A DNA stretch of 61,531 nt, the filler included, from Sphacelaria rigidula (Eukaryota), in NCBI GenBank assembly GCA_964200075.2. It is 6 parts of 6 records of this genome, joined end to end, with 100 filler letters (N's around TTAATTAATTAA, not from the genome) between each part and the next. Parts side by side here need not be neighbours in the genome. Positions count along the whole stretch, not along the records: positions 10,275 to 20,447 come from CAXNAA020006990.1; positions 20,548 to 30,719 come from CAXNAA020006991.1; 4 more parts are not named here. One strand, 5' to 3'. Shown here in pieces: positions 10,275 to 23,134 of this stretch (positions within the stretch are counted from its first letter, which is position 1; each line of letters opens with the position of its first letter). The notes under the pieces were generated by a model. That model made no database searches, was not told the origin of the DNA, and saw only the letters and a list, made by a program, of their open reading frames with translations. The translations under genes were made by a program, and so were the position numbers.

Positions 10275-13200
10275 GAAATTCGGAACAGTATTTCGCAGGC
10301 CACTCACGGGCCCACGTTTGGTTCCTGTGTATTGAAATTTTGTGTGGGCCCTCGTCAGCCCATAATCAACAAAACTCAGTAGTCCAGATTTTTTCAAGCC
10401 AATTTTCCACTGGTTGAGGGAGTTTTGGTATAGTAAAGACCATTTCTTCACGATAACGCCCTAACCTCTATAAAAACAAAAAAATGAAGGCCCATCTTTT
10501 TTTCCTATCCGGCACTCTTTTGTGGTCCTCCATGCTAACTTTTAGATCAAAATTCTAAAAATTGAGCTTAAACATTGAGATAAGGCCTAACAGCGATATA
10601 CATTTCTCCTCAAAACTCCACTAAAAACACGAAAAATATGAAGAAAAACTTAAAGAGGTAACAAGCTGATTTTATTTATTTCTATTATGCACTAGCGGTT
10701 CACCACACGAAATTTTATGGAACAACTCTCAAAAACTGAGACGCGACATCCAGATTCAGGGCATCCAATGCCTCTGCTCGTAATATATTGGTTTTGGAAT
10801 AGAACGTTGTGTGCGCCATATCTCGGGATAGATAACGAACTAGGTGAAGGTCAAGGTATCTGTCGTCTCCCCTTGCTCCAGAGAATGTCCACGCCGAAAT
10901 TTGTTGTCATCCGTTAAATGCATCGATCGGGGGCTCCATAGAGATTTCAGTATAGGCGCCATCTCCCTTATGTATAGGAATTACTAGACATGGGTTTAAT
11001 CAACGAGAAAATATGGGCCCAAAATTTGAAGCAGATGGGCACCTTCCTCTTGACTAGACGATTAATACGATATGCCGATCACGGCCCAACTCGTCTGTGT
11101 CGATGAGATATCGCTTTTCGAGCTTAAATCCGTTTGAAGGCTGGCCCAGCTCGTAAAGAGTTTCGGAAGATGTTTTTTTCATCATGGAGTCAGAGTACAG
11201 AGTGGAAGCTTTTAAATTTTGGAGTGGACGCGAAAGAATTCAAAGCAGAAGCGGATATGACGTGGCTTGCCATGACTTTTTTTTGTCGCAGTAATTGGCC
11301 GCAGGTTGCCCCGCCAAATATATGATTGACCAGCGCCCAGTTTGAAAATTCACAGGCCGGCGCTGCACTGACTGTAACGTACCCTGCGGCACCGTGCGTA
11401 CAGTACCGTACACTACGCTTCACTGCACCTGCAGTACTTCAATCTACTACGGCGACAGGGCACCGTAGTGCTCTGGTGCTCTAGTGCTGTGCGGTGTGGA
11501 GTACAGACAGTGCAGTACATGGAGTACAATGCAGAAGCCTACAACAGTGCACTGCGGTACGATGAATTACAGCGATACCGTACAGACAGTTGTACATTAG
11601 AACAGTACAGGGCACTTCCAAACAACAGACAAGGTCGCAGTGTCATGATTTTCCAACATGCCATCCATAACGGTGGTGCAAGACGTCATTATCTCTAACG
11701 GAATGGCAATGCAGCCAGGTGTAGTACTGCTTGTGCGCTGTAGACTACGAATCGTTCACACCGTCCTCTTCCAGCTGAAGCTGGCAAGAGTGAGGAACTG
11801 CACCCAAGGCAACGTCGTGTACTCGCCGAGCGCCTGAATTTTCACGCAACACAATCAAGCGAATGCTGATACCATGGCTGCGTCAGGGAGGTCTTCTGAT
11901 TGCGATGCCAAGCTTTTCTACTTCGTGAAATGCTCATTGTGATGGAGCATGGCAGTTGTGATGGATGTCCTACTTTGGTTGTAAGGGTGCATTGATTTTG
12001 GACTGGCCGTGACCATGGTGGTGAAGGTGGGCGTGGTTCTTTTTCGCTCAGCTATGAACTCGGAAGAGGAACAATGGTTTTCAGATTGAAGGGGTGCAAG
12101 CGGCACTCTGACCCCGAGAAAATAGCTTAAAATCAGAATGGAATGTGCACCGTTACCGGCTATTTTTCCTTCCACTCTGACTGTAAGATGAAAATAAATG
12201 TTTCCCGATACTCTTTGATGGCCCAAAATTTGACAGATGACGCATAGTAGTTCATATACAACGTTGGTGAAGTCGGAATTAGGCGGGGGGTGTATGGTGG
12301 CGCAGGGGACGAGAAAATGGCCGTCCCCGGGGGGTGTTTCCTACCCTGAATTTAGGGATGGTATCCACCGTTTTGGAGTCTACTGTGCAAATGGTAAGGG
12401 GTTGGACGACGTGAAAATTTGATCGGGATACTCGAAATTTGGGAATAATGAGTTGAAATATTGTCCGTATCCAGAAATACGCCCCCCCCCCCCTCCAAAA
12501 TAAATAAATAAATGAAAATAGCATGCAAGTTCATGACTACACCCCAAAATTAATTGTCACACGGGTGGTGTGTATCGTTTGGCTGTAACGCACGGGTGAC
12601 GATGCGACTAAACACACGAACACATCGATAGCCTAAAACGCATAAACAGGGAGGTATTCATGTCCGCCCCCCTGCTTCTCCCCACCCAGGCTATATCCCC
12701 TCCGAAGACACGTTTCGGGGTGTTACCTACCGTTTCCTCCAGCTACATGGGCATGGCGGTGCCCCCGAATACGCGCAGGGGTCTCGCTAAACACGCGCAG
12801 GGGTCCTCAAGCATCGTCAATGCCTGTTACATGCAAATAGCGATGCCCTTGAGCATGCAGGAGGCATCGTTGGACTGTACTCACTCTATCCTACCGCTTT
12901 ATGCCCTCTGCCCCCTCTCCGCCCCTCCTCCCCAGGATAAAATCGACTTATCCTCTCCCCGAACAGTCTTAGCAGAAAGGGGGTGTTATCTGACGTGTGA
13001 ACCATTTACAGCCGAACAACAAAGAATACGACCATGTGGCCGGTACCAATAGAAACGTACAATCTACCTTGACTAATTGTACTTCCTTTCAATTAGTGGA
13101 CTACAGACAACTCGGGGAAGATACTGAGTTCGTAATCCACAATCAGGGCCTGTCAAAATTCAAGTGGCGATGCCCCTGAACACGCGAGTGGTCACTAGAA

Positions 13201-14155
13201 AGTGTGCATCCTACTTGCTGTTTCGAGACCATCGTTCTCCCGCTCCCCGACGGTGAGATGGGTATATCTCCTTACCCCCACCAGGGGGTGTGTCATTTGG
13301 CGTGTTTGCCGTTGGCGTGGGGACTACATGATGCATCTGAACGCATGACAGGTTCCGTCAAAACATCGACACCCTTACGATGTACGCCTGGGATAGCCAG
13401 GAGCACCAGCGTTCGTTTGCGACAGGAGAAAGCGGTGAATACCACCGCCGGGGGCGGCTACTTTCCTGTCCCTGGAGAAACCATGGGCCTAACGTCCACA
13501 TGAGAAATCGTCAACGCGTTGAAGATGTTTTGTACAATGCCGTACGTGTCATGCCGTAAGTCTCGAACACCTGATGGGGTCTTGAATATACCGGAACAGC
13601 CGAAGCGAAAGTGGGGCAACATTCGCCCGCACTTTGTTCTGAATTCAAATGAGTTGGTCAGGACCCGTCGATCGATGTGCTCCAAACTTCCAGTTGGTGT
13701 TTGTCAAGACTCACGTCGTCAAATTCGGCCGCAAGTTACGTCTACCCCCGACTAATGCCGAGATAACCCCCCCACAAAACGTGCACCGGAGACCATCCAA
13801 CGAACCGGCTGCGATCCCACTATTGGGCTCGTTTGCAGCAATTTCGCTCACATGAAAGGCGTGTAGCAGTCCGAAATAAACTATAATGCCCAAACCAGTC
13901 GCGTCGTCCAGCACGAAACCAGCTTTGACGGCAGTTATGATCATCGCCTCGGTGCACGTTTTTGGCCGGTTTGGGGGGGGGGGGGGCTATCTCGGCAGCA
14001 GTCCCTCCCTGATTCGAGAGCGTAGATTCGATTCCTTTTTTTTTTTCTCACATCTTTCTAATAACCCGAATTGGCAGTGCTTATTTTTCATCGTTCATTT
14101 TCCACTGAACAAGAGGTTATACAGGCTGGACCGCCCAAGACGCGGAGAGGAATAT

Positions 14156-14438
14156 GAACATGCGATTATGCAGTTCAATTTTGGGTTGTTGTCTACGAAA
14201 ATTTGGACACGATGTACAGGATGTATATGAGAAGACCCCATCATCTTCCCCCTACATTTGTTTCATGAGTTATCCACGATTTAGATCCGAAAATGTTCTG
14301 AAATGTTTAGTCCCCCAATGACTCACCGAGAAATAATAAAATGAGGGAACGATGATGGGTCTCCGCATATACGTCCTGTACATGGTGTCAAAATTTCGTA
14401 GAAAACGAGCCAAAATTGAACTGCATTATCGCGTGTTC
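14156..14438. repeat. Foldback/MITE-like inverted repeat (~100-bp arms)
   Basis: GAACATGCGATTATGCAGTTCAATTTTGG...GACCCCATCATC pairs with GATGATGGGTC...CCAAAATTGAACTGCATTATCGCGTGTTC. Confidence 0.8.
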
Positions 14439-14536
14439 GTGTCGAAGAGCGGGTCCTACGTGGAGATGGATCAGCCACGAAAAACTGAAACGCGGTGATG
14501 CTGTTCGATTTCAAGTCTTGTTCCACGATTTTTTCC

Positions 14537-14730
14537 CACGATGTGCATGAGGTATGTTATGAAGACTCCATTGTCCCCCCTTGATTTTTTTTCTTTTCAG
14601 TAAGTTGTCGACGCTTTTGTACCAGAAAAAATGAGGGGGAAACGATAGGGACTTCACACATACCTCGTGTACATCGTGTCAAAATTTCATCTAAAACGAC
14701 TCAAAATTGAGCAGCGCAACCGCGCTTTTC
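14537..14730. repeat. Second, partial copy of the same foldback family
   Basis: CACGATGTGCATGAGGTATG pairs with CATACCTCGTGTACATCGTG. The right arm resembles 14340-14435. Confidence 0.7.
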
Positions 14731-14935
14731 TTTTGAGAGCCGGTTGACTTGCTTTCAGGCTACAACAACCTCAGCCGGAACTTTGACGGTCTCCACAAGC
14801 AGATTTTGCATCCCCTCATCCCACGTATCCACGCTTCGCCGTTCTCTGTTGTTACTGTTCGTGCTCTCTCTCTCTTCTGTAATTGTAACGTTCGTAACGT
14901 GAGCGACGCAGACATCATCGCGCGCCGCCGCGCAG

Positions 14936-16555
14936 GCCCGACCTGCTATCCCACGAAGCAACTCATCTCCGACCCCCAATTCGCCTGTTCTCGAATCGAC
15001 CGCGAACAACCGCGGCAATAACCAAGTCGCACCGTCACCGTCACCGTCATTTCGCGGCGGCGGCGGCGGCGGCGGCGACGGTTCCAGTGCTGCCTCCTTA
15101 CGTGCCACACCGACAGCCACCACCAACTTCACACCTTCGCGGCTGACAACATCGGCACAGTCGCCGTCGTCGCGGTCGCAGTCTACACCACCGCTTGCAA
15201 CGCCAACAGACGAACAACCACTGTCGACAGCAGTCGGTGATCACATCGGCACGTCTGGAACCGAGTGGCGGTCCGGCGCTGCTCCGGGGACCGCTTCGAG
15301 GACCGGCTTGATGCTCCGTGGTTGTACTGCGGCGGAATGGTCACTTCTGAGAAGGAGATGGAGTGGACGCGGCAGGAGCGGCGGCCGGCACGGTCACGGT
15401 CCTGGCCAAGGCGCGACAGTAGAGGGAGTTAGCAGCGGTCGTAGTGGCGATGTTTCGAGCAGTGGCGCTGGTGGTGGCGTTGGCGATGGCGGTACACATG
15501 TGGGGGGCTTCACGCGGAATATATCCGCGCCTTTGCTGGGCTCTTTCCCGTTTTCATTCTGGAACTCGGTCCAGACTCCGTCGTCTGCGCAGACAAGAGC
15601 GACCGTACGGGCCGCCGCCACAGGTAATACTGCTTCTGACAGTTCTGCTACTTTTAGTACCGCCGCTGCTAATCCCACTGGAAGTGGTACTTCTGTTGCT
15701 GCAGACCGACATATCGGGACAGAACGCCCTCAAAGTCCCCGTCAACCAGGTTGCGTTCGCCATACAGCTGTGCCTGTTGACCGAAATACGAAGGGATCGC
15801 GGGCGGGAGCACCCCAGCCCGCCAAAGATGTCGTAGTTCATTCCGCTCGAAGTGGAGATGGTGTGGAAAAGGCCACGGAAGGGGTGCGTGGAGGTGGTGA
15901 AGAAAGGGCCACGGGGATAAGGCGGGTGAGTCGAGGTACTGTGGGAGGTCGAGACGAAGCCAACATCCGAGAGATTGCGCTTCGTTTGTCTGAGAGAGTT
16001 GAACTAGACGAATCCGATCGAATAAGTAGTCCTGTCTTGGATGGAGCGGTGCCTGCTCCTGGTTTGTCGTCCATGGGTGGGTCGGGAGTCGGGGCTGGTG
16101 GTGGTGTCAAGGATTGTGGTGAAGTGAAGAGTAGAATATCCTCAGGAGTGGTCCCTGGAACGGTCTTCGGTCACGATTTGGCTCCCGCTGTGATGGTGCC
16201 ACCGGTGGTGCTGCCATTGGTAGCGAAGGGAGCGACAGCAGGGCGGCGTGGAGTAGAGGTCAATCGAGTGAGTGATATGAATGATGGCCGTAGCGGCGGT
16301 TGTGTTGGTGGGGATCGTGATGATGTTGGCATTGTTCGTAATGATGATGCGAACCGAGGTCCGGCCCGGTGTTCCTCTCCCTCAAGGTACCCCGTTGGTG
16401 AACACGATGATGGTGTCGTGCCTGCTGTGACGGCGTCGGGAGGAGGACTGTCGTTTGTTGTCATGCACAATGATGACGAGACAAAAAAAGAGCAAGCCGA
16501 TGATGGTGGGTTGAGCTATCATCGTCATCATGGAAGACCACTACGAGAACGGTAG
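14936..16555 (+). CDS. Long exon encoding a Gly/Ser/Val-rich low-complexity region of an unknown protein
   Basis: The frame of ORF 15308-16555 stays open back to a CAG acceptor at 14933-14935, giving ~1.6 kb without a stop in GC-rich sequence. It ends at TAG or at a possible GTAGGA donor at 16552. No recognisable domain. Confidence 0.5.
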   Translation, partial: ARPAIPRSNSSPTPNSPVLESTANNRGNNQVAPSPSPSFRGGGGGGGDGSSAASLRATPTATTNFTPSRLTTSAQSPSSRSQSTPPLATPTDEQPLSTAVGDHIGTSGTEWRSGAAPGTASRTGLMLRGCTAAEWSLLRRRWSGRGRSGGRHGHGPGQGATVEGVSSGRSGDVSSSGAGGGVGDGGTHVGGFTRNISAPLLGSFPFSFWNSVQTPSSAQTRATVRAAATGNTASDSSATFSTAAANPTGSGTSVAADRHIGTERPQSPRQPGCVRHTAVPVDRNTKGSRAGAPQPAKDVVVHSARSGDGVEKATEGVRGGGEERATGIRRVSRGTVGGRDEANIREIALRLSERVELDESDRISSPVLDGAVPAPGLSSMGGSGVGAGGGVKDCGEVKSRISSGVVPGTVFGHDLAPAVMVPPVVLPLVAKGATAGRRGVEVNRVSDMNDGRSGGCVGGDRDDVGIVRNDDANRGPARCSSPSRYPVGEHDDGVVPAVTASGGGLSFVVMHNDDETKKEQADDGGLSYHRHHGRPLRER

Positions 16556-19500
16556 GATATCAGTATCCTACAAGCGACCTTATTGTATTGATGTAGGATG
16601 TCATTGGTCTCGTTCCATGCGCGGATATTTTCGTATGGCGTTGTACCGACAGCTTGGGGATATCAATCTGAGCAAATTTGCGATATTTATCCACGCGCGT
16701 TTATCGTGGACGCCTCTTGATGTTTGACACTTCGTACGTACTTGGAAGTTGATTCGAACGGGCACCGACAACTGTTGTCCCTTCTTGTCTCCGTGCGGGT
16801 GGTTGCTGTATGCTGGTCGCTGAAGGAGGGGTGGGGGATCATGGTGATCGTGTTTTGTGCAGTTTTGTTTTGGTAAGATGCGCGCATCGCAGTAAGTGTT
16901 GTATCGCACGGCAGAAAAAGAGTAAAGGTGGCCGTCGTGTTTCTATCGGACACACGTCTTCGGTGGAGGAATCTGATTGGCCGATAATCCTTGATCGACC
17001 GACGGGTGATGTCAGTTGTAGAGGAATGCGTCATGGGTACAGTACGGCACAACATGCGAACTAGTTCGAATTATTAGACCGTGTGTCTCGTCTCATTGTC
17101 CAAAAAAGGTATTCGAATCAAATTATATGGTTAGTTGTCGAGAAACTTGTGTGAGTGCGATAGTTGAGCCCTAGAACAGGTGATTTGTTTTCAACTGTTA
17201 ATTTGGGGGCCTGAAAAATGGTGATGGTTTTTTGTAGCTCCTGCCCCCACATCCCCCCTCGTCCCCTCCCAGAAATCTCAGTTCCTGAGAAATGGTGTAC
17301 GTGTACCGTTTGTGTGTAAAGATGAAACATGTACAGTCGACGGCACCCGCTCAGAGTAAAATTGTGTTGGTGGGAATAGTCGTTCCTTGCGATGACTGTA
17401 CAGTGTGGTATCATGGTACCTGTTCGTCAGGGTATAGTTATGGTACCTGTTCACGGTGTTTTGGTGGGAACCTTGATAACTATTTTGTACTACGGAGAAT
17501 TGAAACATGCACGTGCTTCAACGAGAAAAACATTTGTTTTTTTACACAGTGGGTACCGATGTCCAGAAGAGAGGAAAAAAGCTTCATCCTGAAATATGCA
17601 AAAAACGCATGAACATGGAGCCAGAACATGAATGGATATGTAGTATTGTTTCTCGTGTCATGATTTTCTGCAATAATGAGACAAAACGTGGCGCACCGCG
17701 AAAGCTATCATGCCGGACTCATGGAGAAAGTATGTGCAAGCTCAACTTCCACGAATGTGTGGTATCCCTACGTGTTTTGGCCGATTTTTCGAATACGTGC
17801 TTTAAGTTTCGTGAGACCTTGCTTACTCCCCCGTACTTTCCCGGCTCTGCGGATGTTTCGATGCGTTTCGTGACGCAGATGGGGTTAATGTCATTCAATA
17901 TTCCGATTGGTTGTCAGGGCGTGAATATTCTTGGCCAGTACTTGTTAGCAACGCATACAGATTTATCTCATCGGTGTGCGATTATTCACCTCCCACAGAG
18001 TAGTGTTCACACTCACAGGTATACCCAGTAACATAAATGTACGTTGATTGGTTTCGTCTTACAGTTGACCCTCCCTTTCCTCGGGAGTAATTCTTAGCCA
18101 CGAAGGATCAATCAACCCATGATATTTCGTAAATGGTTCTCGATCCCTGACCAACATGACATGCTTCGCCAACTAAGCTGCCGCGCCCGGATGGTATAAC
18201 TGGCACAGTAGGTACCCCAAAAATGATATCATTCAAGGCGTGAATTTGCGGGTTTGGATCCCGACATGTTCTGTGTTTTGTTTCATTCACGTGTAGCAGA
18301 CTCTGATTTCCGTAGTTGAATTAGTCCGGGACTCGGTCGCCGATGGGGGTACGGCCGTAGTGATGCAGTTAATCCTCGATAGCGGAATGTCAGGCAGGCA
18401 CCAAGAATAGACGGGTTGACCCTTCGAGGCAACGTGCTCGTCCCGAGGAAGGGAAGGAGGGTGTGATATACGACGAAAAAAATGGTGAGTTGCTCTAAGC
18501 GAATAAGATTTCCAGCTTCCCGTGTGAGATTCATTTTCTGTAGACATGTATCGCGTTCAAGGAGTTGACTACCTCTACATGGACAGGCGGGGCTTTTCAC
18601 ACCTCAAACTTTCGTTTTTCAACCACGTTGATTTTCATCCGGTTCAAGGTCCGATGCACATTGTCACCGCCGTGAAAACGCCGAAAACGGTGTAGTTTTG
18701 GTCCTTACGCCGTGAACACAGAATGAATACCTGTCCTCGTTACTCCCCGAAATGACTCGTGGGACTCGTGTCGTCCATGTTTTCCCGTGCGGCTTGACAG
18801 AGTTCTCCCATCGGGCAACAGAGTTTGGGACAACGCGCGTAGTATTTGACTCGCTGATCTCAATCCTGCGTTGATTTGCGTTGTCTTTGTTCCTGTATGA
18901 TCAAAATGATATTTCGGGCAAATGATTTCATTCCTCCCGGATGCTTGACCCCATATCAGCTCAATATATATTCCAATTTCACGAAGTGAAGTTGGTTTCT
19001 GCTGCGGGTAAAAATTCGATGAACTGGTTTTTTGCGGGTCCGTTTTTGCGTCAGGATTCTCGCGACCTGATTCTTGCAATCGGATTCTTGCGATCGGATT
19101 CTTGCTAATTTTTTCCACTCTAAAACCCCTATCGATTTCTTTTTGGTGGGGATACCTTCGTCAAACGGACACCAAACGCATTCTGCTCCGAGGGGGACCT
19201 GGACAAACAGTAGTTGCTGCTTCCCACCTAGTATCATCCTCCAAATCGAAATCTTGAGTAAGACCCCCCAGCGTTTGGTGCCCATGTACAAGGATGACTT
19301 ACATCGAGTATCACGGTCCAAAACGTACCTGACAAGGAGACAACATCCCCGTTCAGACAGTAGCAATAATAGCGGATCCTACGTCCTGAGAGACTGTGTG
19401 ACAGTCTGGCAGCCGGTAAGGTGGTTCTGGTCGTGTCCTTCTAGCGATTCCAACTTACAGTGCACTGGAGCAGAGCTTGTAGGTGAATATTTCGGCGATT

Positions 19501-19649
19501 GCCTCACCTGCAATTCGCCCAGATGTTGTCCCTGCATTACATACGGAAAATATACCCAACCGTGGACAAAAAATGTTACAGGCAGTACCAGCACGATGTG
19601 GAAAGTGTACTGCGCATCGTCGAGTGTGCTGTGTGCGTTATCGTCCCAT

Positions 19650-19697
19650 AAATTCTGGACGCCGGTCTCCACCTTCCGGTTCATCTGGGCGCACCAA
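19650..19697 (-). mobile_element. 3' fragment of SINE-A
   Basis: TTCTGGACGCCGGTCTCCACCTTCCGGT...GGGCGCACCA matches 24467-24510 and the reverse complement of 39862-39906. Confidence 0.65.
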
Positions 19698-20108
19698 GCT
19701 GTGTTACCATACAGCTTCGCCCAAGATACAGGCAGCAATTACAGCGGCGGAGGCGGCCTTTCACTCCTGCGTGCGCCACTTGGGGCAAACGCACGCTGCA
19801 GCTGCAACACGGACAGCTTTACAAAATGTGACGAGGCGATACAGCGCGTGGCGAGGAGGTTTATATCCTGCGTACACCTTGGCTGCGATACAACACACGT
19901 ACGTGAACAAATAGCACCCTGTAGGATGAGCTGCACAGGGTTCTCCACAGTCTTTGTGAAAACTCCTGTGTAGCATTTGCACACCCAGTACCCGTAATAG
20001 CGTTTTGCATAGCGTTTTTGTCGAAACACTGCAAGCAACCCTGTGGAGAGGCCTTCCCACTTTGGAAAATTCCAAATTATCTTGGTACAAAATCTGTACG
20101 TTTATTTA

Positions 20109-20211
20109 TTTTGAATAGCTTCTCCTGCTGTCCGAGATAAATTCCTTTTTGCCCGATTTGAATTGGGCAAAAAGGATTTTTATCTCGGACAGCAGGAGAA
20201 GCTATTCAAAA
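20109..20211. repeat. Near-perfect hairpin (~46-bp arms, ~10-nt loop), followed by further degenerate copies of the arm
   Basis: TTTTGAATAGCTTCTCCTGCTGTCCGAGATAAATTCCTTTTTGCCC pairs with GGGCAAAAAGGATTTTTATCTCGGACAGCAGGAGAAGCTATTCAAAA. Confidence 0.9.
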
Positions 20212-20447
20212 CATATCCTTTTTTCGCCCATTTTATTTGGGCATTTGGGCAAAAGATGATGTGTTTCAAACAGCAGAAGAAGCTGTTCGAATTAGATCCT
20301 TTTTTCGAACAGCTTCTTCAGCTGCGCAAATCCCATGTACACTCGAAGATTTGGAATTTGAACAGCAGAAAACAGCCGATTTTAAATTTTGGCGTTCATA
20401 CAAAATATGGGGTTGAATTGGCATATCTGTCTCACACGAAAGACCCG

Positions 20448-20547
20448 NNNNNNNNNNNNNNNNNNNNNNNNNNNNNNNNNNNNNNNNNNNNTTAATTAAT
20501 TAANNNNNNNNNNNNNNNNNNNNNNNNNNNNNNNNNNNNNNNNNNNN
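20448..20547. other. Artificial contig spacer
   Basis: N44-TTAATTAATTAA-N44. Confidence 0.99.
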
Positions 20548-21146
20548 TCGGTCGTAAGTGTTTCGCGTGATCCCTGCAAAAGAGAAATGCCACTTCAACC
20601 TCATTTTGTATATGAACCCCATTTTCTAGGATCCACTGTTAATTCATGAGTTCATCGTTATTTCACTTCCGAAATGACCCTCGACGAGGCCCGATACGCT
20701 TTCTGAGTAGTAGCTTGCCACTGAAGCCCTTGATATCCCTGAGTAGGGTATCAACGTCTTGCTGAAAGTACATGCCAGTGTTACAAGCAAAGAATAGCAC
20801 ACACCATATGAAAAAATAATTGGTCAAGTTCAAGCGAATGACGAAACCCATTCTCAAGCAAAGCTCTATACTCTCAATCTCACGAAAACATCGTTCATAG
20901 CACATGTCAACGTATCTATCTATATCTGACACAAGGCTTGGGCCCGTGCGATATACTTCCGTACTTAATGATCATGAGGTCCCGCGATTATCCTCCAGGC
21001 AGGCTACATGATTATTGCATTGAGGGGGTATTCTGTACTGTTGACGCTTCTATTGCATCATCGATCGGTCGAGATCATAGATGGTCTGATTGTTCATCAC
21101 GCTGGATTTATTTTATTTTCTCCTGCTGTGTCTTTCCCTTGTAGCT

Positions 21147-21232
21147 AGAGGGGGAGATGCGTGACGGGAACGAAGGTGGCATGTAATCGTTTGATGCATT
21201 AGACAGTAGGGAGAAAATGATGGCTATACTTG
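21147..21232 (+). mobile_element. Internal fragment of LINE-C ORF2
   Basis: GAAGGTGGCATGTAATCGTTTGATGCATTAGACAGTAGGGAGAAAATGATGGCTATACT matches 26208-26266 and the reverse complement of 50833-50890. Confidence 0.8.
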
Positions 21233-21528
21233 TCATGGTCCGACTGTCGCCATTAGGGTGGAGAGAACAACGGTTCGATTTCCGATGCGTTGGGTTTTTT
21301 TTCGTAATATCTGATCTCCACCGTGGAAAGCGTGAGAACGTGGGTACACAAAATAGCCGACTGAGTTCGTTTGACGTGAGTTGACGCGGTGCGGGAGTGC
21401 CGCCCCATTGGCGAGACCAACATGCAAGGCGTGTACTGGGGGAGAGATGAGTTGATCCCTTGAGACCACGGACTCATCTCGAGGAAGAGGAGGGGTTCAA
21501 AGTGCGACAAATATATATATATATATAT
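21232..21528 (+). mobile_element. tRNA-derived SINE-B, slightly 5'-truncated, with a (TA)n tail
   Basis: B-box GGTTCGATTTCC. The body matches the reverse complement of 37670-38100. It ends AAAGTGCGACAAA(TA)n. Confidence 0.8.
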
Positions 21529-21557
21529 TTGTACTAGGAGATAAATGGTAAAGTCAA

Positions 21558-21678
21558 TCGCCCCGGTGGTTCAGTTGGACACCTCAACGCCTTCTAACGG
21601 GCGGGTCGTGGATTCAAACCTCGGAGCGACCTGGGATTGTTACTCACACAGTGCCCAACGGTGGAGAGCGACTATGTT
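21558..21678 (+). mobile_element. 5' half of SINE-A
   Basis: GCCCCGGTGGTTCAGTTGG (A-box), GGATTCAAACC (B-box) and GGTGGAGAGCGACTATGT, homologous to 39557-39690. Confidence 0.7.
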
Positions 21679-21747
21679 CTTATTTACCTAAATCTACTAA
21701 AAACCCGGGGTATTTTAATTTGCGGGTATTTTTTTCTTTTTAGGGAG

Positions 21748-22004
21748 GAGTGATGCTACGGTAGGGGTGCACAAATATTTTCTGAGGTTAGAATTGTTAG
21801 GAGTCCTTCATCTCATGCAAAATACGACTTATGAAAATATGTGAGAGTACGCCAGGATTACTACTCCAATGTGCCGGGGGTATCCCGAATGAATTCGAAA
21901 ACGGGGATGCCCTGAACCATATTGTTGTGCATCTAGAATTGTTAGGAGCCCCTGAACCAGACAAGGTTTCGCGCAAACAGTGCACCACTTCCGTAGCATT
22001 GCTC
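21748..22004. mobile_element. MITE with GAG...CTC termini (second Sola-like family)
   Basis: TIRs GAGTGATGCTACGGTAGGGGTGCAC and GTGCACCACTTCCGTAGCATTGCTC. Related copies start at 23135 and 53564. No TSD preserved. Confidence 0.7.
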
Positions 22005-23134
22005 CAGGGATGAACGAGGTCGCACATTACGGGCAGAGAGTGCATTTGTAGATATTTTTCGAAAATATTTCGATGCGCATGAAGCTTCCACACGTCGGAC
22101 AGATCACGATCTGTCTGAAAACTGCTTCTTCTCAGAATACTGATCCGGATCATGATCCGGATCATTTGTCCCCCTTTTCCATGTTTGCTCCTTACAGCAC
22201 CGGACGCCGAGCACGCCGAGTAGCGCAAAGAACACGGGATCTTACAAATTGGAGATGGATCTGGGGGGGGGATGAGGAACCCGTAAAATTAAAATCTTTG
22301 TGTCCGCACCGAATCTTCGGAACATGGTTCCATTTCATCACCTACTGATAGCTCCATGTCATACAAATTTGGATATCGATAACCAAAATGCTGGGGTTCT
22401 AGGTGAAAAAACAGTTTGGGGGAATTTTCTGTGTCCGAACGGACGCCAAAATGGTTCCGAGATTGATTTTTCACCTGGGGCCGCAACATTTCGGCGATCG
22501 AAACCCAGATTTTTATGGCGTGTAGCAGTTGTCAATAGCTATGAGTAGGTGAAAAAATGGAGAGCCATATTTCGAAGATTTGGTGTGGATACGAAGATTT
22601 TAATTCTCCGGGTTTCTCATCCCCCAAAAAAGATCCATCCCCAATTTGTAAGGTCCAGTATTAAAGGTTACGCTTTGGTGTTTCTGACTCCGCGGTCGCA
22701 TATTTTGTGTTTTTGGACCAACGGCTCCGAGAGTCTTCTTTGATTTGTTGTTTCAGATAGATGATGGCCTGTCCGACGTGTGGAAACTTCCCAACCCTCA
22801 TCCTCGATGAAAAAATCCATCCCCTATTTGTAAAATCCCGTGTTGAAAGATGTGACGGAAAAACGGGTTCTCCTTCGAAAGCTCACAACATGTACCTCGT
22901 ACGTAGTAAATTCACACAAGAGCAGAGGCTTCGACCGCGTTGCGCTTCTCAGAGCTGGCGTTTACAGTGTTACATATGTGTTCAATAGACCAAGATGACT
23001 CAGAACAATGAACGGAAAAAAATCGAAGACATGACACAAATCAAACGAGGAAACCTCTACGTAGCCACAATCAATCTAGGCTAACCCGCCGCAGGGGACT
23101 GACTGGGCTAGCCCGTAGCAATGAGAGAGATCAT

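Noticed and set aside
12478-12492. TACG followed by a C-run as another LINE-C end
   Set aside because: The upstream sequence lacks the conserved AAGGCAAGCAACAAATGAG terminus.
12300-13950. Possible decayed transposase or gene in contig 2
   Set aside because: Only short ORFs with many stops, and no motif I can recognise.
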